This document shows positions 57,658 to 64,000 of a stretch of 64,000 nt of DNA, piece by piece. Each line of letters starts with the position of its first letter. The first letter of the stretch is position 1. The notes under the pieces were generated by a model that saw only the letters and a list, made by a program, of their open reading frames with translations, did no database searches and was not told where the DNA came from. A program made the position numbers and the translations under genes. The DNA comes from a virus (lineage: Duplodnaviria; Caudoviricetes): positions 160,001-224,000 of the IMG/VR virus record IMGVR_UViG_3300028886_000036; one strand, given 5' to 3'.

Positions 57658-58452
57658 CTACTTACAATATTTTTCGCAGAACGCGTTGTATCCAGTCTCG
57701 TTGTTAGTGTATACGTCGATCTTGTGCTTCTCATCAGCACGATCTGTGTGGAACCCAGACGTATCAACAAAAGTCGCAACGTCACTGGTGTGGAAAGCAA
57801 TGAGCTTTGAACCCATGTCGATTCCAGCGAACCCGTTCTTTAACTTGATAACTGGATACTTCTTTACAGAAGCATCCACTCTCGTGTCAAAGTACTTAAC
57901 ACCCTTTAGTGCTTTTGGCTCAGTCGGAATAAGCTTTTTTGCGTCCGGAGAATCAACAAGAATCGCCAAAGAACCTTTCTGATACATGTTAGGAAGCTTT
58001 ATAAGCTTTTCCATACCCTCAAACGACGCTGACGAATAAACATACTCGTTTACGACATCGTTGATAAACTGGTACAGATGCTCTGTATCCGGTTCTTTAG
58101 GAAGCCTTTCGCCCTCCACCATCATCTTGGTAATGATATACCTTCCATTAGTGGGATTAAAACCACCAATGCCAAGGATGTGATATACGGCTCCGTGGTG
58201 CGCCAGAGGAGCTTCTTTGGAGAAAAAGCTTCGAAGGATGCAGACGAACTTGAACTCCTGAAACAACGCTCCATACGGCATGATGCACTCGGTAACGCGC
58301 TTCACCTTGAACTGCACTGCCTCCCCTGCAAAGACTTTAGTACTTAAAGTCTTTCCATCCGAGTCTTCGATTTCACACGACACGGGGAAGTCTTGGGTAT
58401 AGATATACTTCACCCACCAATTGTTGCTGCGCTCGTTGTTATTGTCGGTCAT
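57658..58452 (-). CDS. hypothetical protein, GC-richer than its surroundings
   Basis: Start MTDNNNER after AAGGAGG; promoter motif at 58510-58523. Confidence 0.8.
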   Translation of the reverse strand: MTDNNNERSNNWWVKYIYTQDFPVSCEIEDSDGKTLSTKVFAGEAVQFKVKRVTECIMPYGALFQEFKFVCILRSFFSKEAPLAHHGAVYHILGIGGFNPTNGRYIITKMMVEGERLPKEPDTEHLYQFINDVVNEYVYSSASFEGMEKLIKLPNMYQKGSLAILVDSPDAKKLIPTEPKALKGVKYFDTRVDASVKKYPVIKLKNGFAGIDMGSKLIAFHTSDVATFVDTSGFHTDRADEKHKIDVYTNNETGYNAFCEKYCK

Positions 58453-58509
58453 TTTTATGACCTCCTTATTGAGATTAAGTCCTGTGATAGAAACAGAACT
58501 CACAATAAT

Positions 58510-58523
58510 AATATATATACAAA
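58510..58523 (-). promoter_or_regulatory. phage promoter motif variant TTTGTATATATATT
   Basis: Motif copy downstream of the hairpin at ~58549-58575. Confidence 0.55.
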
Positions 58524-58585
58524 TTTTGAGATAGACTTAAAAATAAAAAGAGCCCCACAATTAAGTGGGACTCTTATATAGAACA

Positions 58586-59692
58586 TTAGTCATCAAACAC
58601 AACATCTTTGTTGTAAACTAATTTCATCAACTTCTTAAAAGACGGCTTAGTATGCAGGAACCTGAAGAATGGATGAGCATCGTCTGCTAAAGTTCTATCA
58701 AGAATTCCGTCTCTGACAAACCAATCATAGTCATCCATTCGAAAAACCCAAAACGCATGATAGTACTGGTCAGGCCAGTACACCAAAACCCAACCTGTTT
58801 CAGTATCTAACGCAGTAGCTAACGGTGGGTTCTTCAGGAGCTCGTTAGATTTTGAAGTGATGTTTTCGCTTAGAATAATACCGGAAACCTCAAGCTTCCC
58901 AAACAACTTAATATATTCAGTTGATGGAGAAGCACTAGTGTACTGATTAATAGTACCAGCATGTTTTCCAGTAGACTCATACGTAGTCGTTTTTATTTCT
59001 ACAATGGGCCGATTTTTCTTTTCAGAAATTTCCTTCTCTTCTTTGTCATAAAGTATAGGCCAATCAAGGTTAGAAAGAAAGAACTCGAAATTTTTGTACC
59101 TATACTTAGAAGAGTAAAATTTCTTAGGATTGATCTGATATTGCTCTCTATCAGGCATATTTTGAACTTCCCGATCAAGATAGATTAGCTCGTTCCCTAC
59201 AGTCTCCAAAAGAGACATGAAATAATGCCCACTGTTGCTATCTTCCAACGCAATTCTTTCAAACATTTCTCCATTTGTACTAACTCGTACTAATTTATAG
59301 CATCCATCAGATACATCATAATGGAGTAGTATATCGTTGACATACTTAGCGCATAACATAGGTACGTCTTTTTCAGGCCATTTTCTGCGATATGCATGTT
59401 TTATTGTCAACCTGATAACAACGTTTCCGGGGTTATTCCCACGTACAAGTCGTGTAGGCCAAATACGAATAAGTTGACCTTCACGAACTTCTTCCATTCC
59501 GATAGGAATGCCTAATTTTTTATCGAAGACCATAGCCGGGCCATATGGAATTCTGCCAAACTCATATTTAACAAGTAAGCAATTCTCCCATAATGGTGAC
59601 CATCCCCATGTACTTTGCGACTCAAGTCTATTCTCTCGGGTAAAAATTCTACCCCCGAGATCCTGTTCTTTTCTCGCCCAATAATATAACAT
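58586..59692 (-). CDS. hypothetical protein
   Basis: 368-aa ORF; C-terminus resembles that of 57658..58452. Confidence 0.8.
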   Translation of the reverse strand: MLYYWARKEQDLGGRIFTRENRLESQSTWGWSPLWENCLLVKYEFGRIPYGPAMVFDKKLGIPIGMEEVREGQLIRIWPTRLVRGNNPGNVVIRLTIKHAYRRKWPEKDVPMLCAKYVNDILLHYDVSDGCYKLVRVSTNGEMFERIALEDSNSGHYFMSLLETVGNELIYLDREVQNMPDREQYQINPKKFYSSKYRYKNFEFFLSNLDWPILYDKEEKEISEKKNRPIVEIKTTTYESTGKHAGTINQYTSASPSTEYIKLFGKLEVSGIILSENITSKSNELLKNPPLATALDTETGWVLVYWPDQYYHAFWVFRMDDYDWFVRDGILDRTLADDAHPFFRFLHTKPSFKKLMKLVYNKDVVFDD

Positions 59693-59745
59693 GGTATTAC
59701 CGCCTTTCGTAAAATTAGCCCTGTAGATACAGAACTTATTAACAT

Positions 59746-59759
59746 TATATACTTACAAA
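59746..59759 (-). promoter_or_regulatory. phage promoter motif TTTGTAAGTATATA
   Basis: Back-to-back with a plus-strand sigma70 promoter. Confidence 0.6.
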
Positions 59760-59767
59760 TTTTAGAC

Positions 59768-59796
59768 TTGACAAATAGTGTAATGTCTATTATAAT
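59768..59796 (+). promoter_or_regulatory. consensus sigma70 promoter
   Basis: TTGACA-N17-TATAAT. Confidence 0.75.
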
Positions 59797-60116
59797 TACA
59801 GTATCTTAATGAAGGGGTTGATCATAGCATGATTAACAAAGACTTTATTTCTAAGTATCCTTTTGATATACCAGGTATTGTTTATAAGAAAGATTATTGG
59901 GACGATAACTATGAATATGAAGAAGATGATGATGAAGATAAAGACAGTTGGATGTCTCTATAATTAGTTTAAGGAGGATTATAATATGTCTAGATTTACA
60001 GCTGAAAGTTTTGAGGATATGCTACATAGTATTCATTATATCTCTAGAACTCTTGAAAGAATTGAAAAGTTGCTTGTAGATATTGATGAAAAGATTAATA
60101 GGAAGGAGTCTTAATT

Positions 60117-60386
60117 ATGCCAATGAAGAATCATTTTGATTATATGGTACATGACGCAGTATATAGACCTTATGAATCCCCAATGCCATTTACTGAAGGT
60201 CTTTATATGGATATTAAGGATTATATTGAATCCTTAGAAAGACGTATTGAAGAACTTGAAAAGAAAGTTGAAGAAAGTAATAATAAAAGTAATGTTCATA
60301 TTACTATTGATACACCAGAGATTAATAGTCCGAGAGTTTGGTGGGATACTAAATCACCATATACTATTAACTCACCAACTTGTTAA
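60117..60386 (+). CDS. hypothetical protein
   Basis: 89-aa ORF, RBS AAGGAG. Confidence 0.65.
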   Translation: MPMKNHFDYMVHDAVYRPYESPMPFTEGLYMDIKDYIESLERRIEELEKKVEESNNKSNVHITIDTPEINSPRVWWDTKSPYTINSPTC

Positions 60387-60401
60387 GAAGGAGGAATTAT
60401 A

Positions 60402-60629
60402 ATGAGTTTAGGTGTTATTCTTGTAATAGCTATATGCATTGCAACTTTATTTAGTTGTATTGCTGATATAATGTTTGACATTAAGTTAATTAATTCTAAT
60501 ATAGATGCTTTGGAAAAGAACTTCTATGATAGAATGTTTCAAACTGAGAACAAATTTAGACAGCTAGATACTAAATATAGTCTCAGTAGTATTAGATTTA
60601 AAAAACTAGAAAAGGAGATTGATAAGTAA
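60402..60629 (+). CDS. small membrane-anchored protein
   Basis: N-terminal TM; RBS AGGAGG. Confidence 0.65.
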   Translation: MSLGVILVIAICIATLFSCIADIMFDIKLINSNIDALEKNFYDRMFQTENKFRQLDTKYSLSSIRFKKLEKEIDK

Positions 60630-61150
60630 TGAAGTATGATATTTACCCAATTAAGATTTGTGTAAGAGGTCGTAATCAGGAAAAGCCAGAAGAGCTTAGT
60701 TCTATTATGACTATTATTCCTGAAGCAGTTGAGGATAGTTTTAACAAGCCTGATACTCCGCCTACTATTAATATTAAGCTTTTGATTGATAGTAATAATC
60801 TAGAAGATATTGATTATCTTCATAGCAGACTTTGGTTTGACCAGTTTATTTCATATACTGGTATTTATAATTTGATCAATAAGGTTAATTTTGCATGCGC
60901 AATTGAAGTTAATAATCAGGTGGAATTTACAGATTCTAATAAAGAAGATCTGAATCATATGTTTGAACACTTTGTTGAAGACTTTAAGAATTTTGTTGAG
61001 GATACTAAAACACATATTGTAGTGTGGCCAGAGCAACCAGCATTTACTATTACCACTCCAGAACCAATTAAAGAAAAGGAAGAAACTAATGAAACAGCAC
61101 CTGTTGCAGAAGCAGAGGTAGCTAATGACTCAACTACAAAGACTGAATGA
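60629..61150 (+). CDS. hypothetical protein
   Basis: 173-aa acidic ORF. Confidence 0.75.
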   Translation: MKYDIYPIKICVRGRNQEKPEELSSIMTIIPEAVEDSFNKPDTPPTINIKLLIDSNNLEDIDYLHSRLWFDQFISYTGIYNLINKVNFACAIEVNNQVEFTDSNKEDLNHMFEHFVEDFKNFVEDTKTHIVVWPEQPAFTITTPEPIKEKEETNETAPVAEAEVANDSTTKTE

Positions 61151-61258
61151 GACCTATGATATTGTAACTAAATATGGATGTTTTGATTATGAGTTTATTA
61201 TCTTTATGATAGTACTCATAGTCGTATTATACTTTTTGTTTAAGATTGAGCTTAACAA

Positions 61259-62155
61259 ATGACTAGTAGACTTGATCCTAACTTTAAAGTGCAACTAGCT
61301 AATACATATGATCCAGAAAAGAACTATAAAGGAATTGATTATTGGTATGGATCATATAAATATGACGGCATTAGGTGTATGTATTTAAATCGTACACCTA
61401 ATGTTATCTATAGTAGAAAAGGACTGGTTTTTACTGGGTTTGATAGTATAGTTATTCAGTGCAATGAGCTAGCTAATAAATTGGGTATAGTTAATAAGGA
61501 AGATATTTTTATTGATGGAGAATTATATTCAGATGAACTAGACTTTAATGATATTCAAAGTATAGTAATGACTGAAGATAGCTCTTTAGTAGATAAGGAT
61601 AAGATATATCTTAGAGTATTTGCATTAGGTCCTTTTAGAGATACCTATGAAATGGTTAGTATATTTAGTTCAAGTGTATTTGATGGATTAGATAAACTTA
61701 AACCAATTACATATTTCACTGTACATAATGATAAAGAGACTATTACTAATAAATGCAAAGAGTGTATTCAAAATGGATATGAAGGGATTATGTTAAGAGA
61801 TCCGGTAATTCCATATGATTGGAAACGCAGTAATAAACTTCTTAAATATAAAATGTTCAAAGACAGTCATGAACTAGATATGACTATAGTTGATATTCTA
61901 CCAGGAAAGAATGGAACTAAGTACAGTGATACTATGGGTGCAGTATTGTGTATAGGTTATATAAATGATGCTGAAGTTAGATGTAGAGTAGGATCCGGGT
62001 TTACAGATCAAGAAAGACATGACATGTGGGATCATCCAGAGAAGTATCTTAATAAAGAGATTGTAGTTAGATATCAGGATGTTACTTCTGACTCTAAAAC
62101 CGGTAATATCTCTATTAGGTTTCCTATTAAGAAATGTTTTAAGTTAGATAGATAG
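61259..62155 (+). CDS. lig: ATP-dependent DNA ligase
   Basis: KYDGIR, IDGELY, EGIMLR, KRS...LLKYK; OB fold VGSGFTD...IRFP. Confidence 0.93.
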   Translation: MTSRLDPNFKVQLANTYDPEKNYKGIDYWYGSYKYDGIRCMYLNRTPNVIYSRKGLVFTGFDSIVIQCNELANKLGIVNKEDIFIDGELYSDELDFNDIQSIVMTEDSSLVDKDKIYLRVFALGPFRDTYEMVSIFSSSVFDGLDKLKPITYFTVHNDKETITNKCKECIQNGYEGIMLRDPVIPYDWKRSNKLLKYKMFKDSHELDMTIVDILPGKNGTKYSDTMGAVLCIGYINDAEVRCRVGSGFTDQERHDMWDHPEKYLNKEIVVRYQDVTSDSKTGNISIRFPIKKCFKLDR

Positions 62156-62167
62156 GGGATAGATATA

Positions 62168-62878
62168 ATGGCTCAAGTTAAATTTTCGTTTAATGCCAAA
62201 CGTAATGAAGATGGTAGATGGTCTTATACTTATGATTATGATGCTAAAAAGATTTCATTTGATAAGATGATCTGCACTGATTCTGAGATTATTTTTGAAG
62301 CAGTGTTAGATACAAATGATTCTGTATCAGAAGTAAATGATCCTTATTTGAATCCTTATTTGAATGAGTTATCTATATTGTTTAAAAATGGTTATAATGA
62401 AATCGGTGTTAAAGATATATTTAAGAGAATAAATCTCACCAGTATAGACTTTAGTAAAGCTGATGATCGAGGTAATATTAATTTATACACTTTTAATAAA
62501 CATACCACGCCAGTGTATATTAGATTTGGAGACCCTGATACACCTAATACTTATAGTGGAGACCCTGATACACCTAATACTTATAGTTATGAAGAAGTTA
62601 AAGAGCTTAAAGAAAAGTATTTAGATGATACTGGAGATTATATGCTTCCATCACGTTTGAATGGCGATATTTATAAGTATCAATGTATTATAGCTGTAGA
62701 CCTTATTAAAAGTAATGTTTTTAAAGAACATGATGTATATCTTTTATATGTTGTTACTAGGACTATGTATGAGATGGTTAGTGGTCATGAACTTACTAGG
62801 CTTGGCATGGATGAAGGACAGCGATATATCAGTAACTTTTTAACTAAAGAAAGACTATCTAACTGCTTGGTTAAATGA
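62168..62878 (+). CDS. hypothetical protein with in-frame tandem duplications
   Basis: 236 aa; GDPDTPNTYS x2 and PYLN x2. Confidence 0.75.
   Translation: MAQVKFSFNAKRNEDGRWSYTYDYDAKKISFDKMICTDSEIIFEAVLDTNDSVSEVNDPYLNPYLNELSILFKNGYNEIGVKDIFKRINLTSIDFSKADDRGNINLYTFNKHTTPVYIRFGDPDTPNTYSGDPDTPNTYSYEEVKELKEKYLDDTGDYMLPSRLNGDIYKYQCIIAVDLIKSNVFKEHDVYLLYVVTRTMYEMVSGHELTRLGMDEGQRYISNFLTKERLSNCLVK
62528..62587 (+). repeat. perfect 30-bp tandem duplication
   Basis: GGAGACCCTGATACACCTAATACTTATAGT twice. Confidence 0.9.
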
Positions 62879-63165
62879 AAAAGAAAGTTGCAAAGAAACT
62901 AGCTGAAAAAGATTTTACTGACTTAACTAAATATCAAGTCAATATAAAGAAGATTGATGCTAAACCAATAGATGATCCTATTCCACATAAGCATCCTAGC
63001 ACCCATAAAAAAATAGAAGTAATTTATAGATTAGCTAATGAGTATACTGAAGATACTTTGGAAGATCTAATCAACACAATTAAACTAGATGGGATTGACA
63101 TAATCACTGTTCATAGTGGTTATGTTAGAGATCCACTAGGCAAAAATAAAGAGACCCCCGGTTAA
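62875..63165 (+). CDS. hypothetical protein
   Basis: 96-aa ORF ending inside a bidirectional hairpin. Confidence 0.65.
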   Translation: MKKKVAKKLAEKDFTDLTKYQVNIKKIDAKPIDDPIPHKHPSTHKKIEVIYRLANEYTEDTLEDLINTIKLDGIDIITVHSGYVRDPLGKNKETPG

Positions 63166-63716
63166 GAGGGTCTCTTTATTATATGCAGACGTAATTTAAG
63201 CAGATGCTTCCAGCAATAAAGGAACCTTTCGATCTCGAAAGGATGTATGTCGATACGATCCTCTTCTGGTACTTTTACTACCAACGCATAATAGTAATGG
63301 TATAGAGTTCTATATACACCTAGCTCTTTAAACTTTCTATAGATGAAATTCATAAAAAGCCTTAGCCAGATGAATTTTACTCCGTGTTTTACCATTTGTT
63401 CTACCGCGAATTTGTCTGCGTATATTTCAGCAAATCTTGATTGAGATTGGTTATGTTCCCAATAACAGTAGATGTGCCCAATCTCGTGGTAGATGATGAA
63501 CGGAAGTGCAAACAGCAAATTGCCGCTTCTGTAACTTCTAGAAATGGATATAATAAATCTATTTCCATTCCCACGAATTCCGCAGAATGAATCCCATATA
63601 CGCTTTCTTATTACGATAGATAATGGGATTTCAAAATCCTTTATTATGTTTCTTATTCTACGCCTTAATTGTTTAATAGTGATCATAACAAAGACCTCCA
63701 AAAACAAGTTGTACAT
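63162..63716 (-). CDS. HEXXH zinc metallopeptidase-like protein
   Basis: IIYHEIGH...AEIYADKFA...HPFEIER pattern. Confidence 0.7.
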   Translation of the reverse strand: MYNLFLEVFVMITIKQLRRRIRNIIKDFEIPLSIVIRKRIWDSFCGIRGNGNRFIISISRSYRSGNLLFALPFIIYHEIGHIYCYWEHNQSQSRFAEIYADKFAVEQMVKHGVKFIWLRLFMNFIYRKFKELGVYRTLYHYYYALVVKVPEEDRIDIHPFEIERFLYCWKHLLKLRLHIIKRPS

Positions 63717-63744
63717 CTCTCAAGAGATGCTGTTACATTCCCTT

Positions 63745-63758
63745 TATATATTTATAAA
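63745..63758 (-). promoter_or_regulatory. phage promoter motif TTTATAAATATATA
   Basis: Identical to the copy at 20780; follows a terminator. Confidence 0.6.
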
Positions 63759-63828
63759 TGGCTAAAGACTAGCCAATGAAAAAGGCTGCCCAGAGATTGC
63801 TCTCCGGGGCTTACGCCTTTCAATGATA

Positions 63829-63999
63829 TTAATCGATATAGACCGCATCGCTAGGCGACGATGCGGTGAATTCAGCATGGTGCGGCATGCACCACTCAGC
63901 TTTCCCTGAGGCCAGGATCTTTTCCCTGGCCTGCTCTTCTGTCGCCGCGTGCGTGCGATAAAACTCGCACTCATGCGGAGACGGTCCACCAAAGAAATA
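63829..63999 (-). CDS. 3' end of a GC-rich hypothetical gene (runs off window end)
   Basis: Manual frame ...YFFGGPSPHECEFYRTHAATEEQAREKILASGKAEWCMPHHAEF...VYID*, followed by a terminator hairpin. Confidence 0.6.
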   Translation of the reverse strand, partial: YFFGGPSPHECEFYRTHAATEEQAREKILASGKAEWCMPHHAEFTASSPSDAVYID

Positions 64000-64000
64000 C

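Noticed and set aside
63762-63992. 76-aa ORF from the track
   Set aside because: It runs through a terminator hairpin and is Arg-rich; another minus-strand frame ending at 63829 is more protein-like
1-64000. CRISPR array, rRNA, IS transposase or integrase
   Set aside because: No regularly spaced repeats or recognisable motifs were seen
1-64000. Stop-codon reassignment as seen in some large gut phages
   Set aside because: Conserved genes are full length in the standard code, and TAG/TGA end genes at sensible places; the only split gene is explained by an intron

Overview
A 64-kb, AT-rich segment of a large tailed dsDNA (jumbo-type) bacteriophage, read in the standard bacterial code. The probable host is an anaerobe: the window has a class III ribonucleotide reductase, strong AGGAGG ribosome-binding sites and TTGACA/TG-TATAAT promoters. 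The left arm (1 to ~44.2 kb) is entirely minus-strand. It encodes an RNA ligase, a type II topoisomerase B subunit, unsplit beta and beta' subunits of a phage multisubunit RNA polymerase with a candidate sigma-like subunit, tail-fibre and LRR proteins, and NrdD (interrupted by both a group I intron and a LAGLIDADG intein) with NrdG and NrdH. It also carries a T4-like block: UvsX/RecA, resolvase, neck protein, RNase H/flap nuclease, clamp, primase and clamp loader. At the strand switch (~44.2-44.4 kb) lies a bacterial-chromosome-style origin with phased DnaA boxes, a tandem box pair followed by DnaA-trio repeats, and a perfect 18-bp palindrome; a second box cluster sits inside the adjacent gene. 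The right arm is mostly plus-strand under host-type promoters. It holds an RNA-rich island: 7 tRNAs (including Ile-UAU), a tRNA-like RNA with an extended anticodon arm, two large structured ncRNA candidates (~505 and ~400 nt) and anti-Shine-Dalgarno-rich sRNA candidates. It also encodes an Sm-like protein, a degenerate GAT-QueC fusion, a PD-(D/E)XK endonuclease and a DNA ligase. Interspersed minus-strand cassettes share a TTT(G/A)TAAATATATA-type promoter motif. All calls are by eye; no database searches were run.
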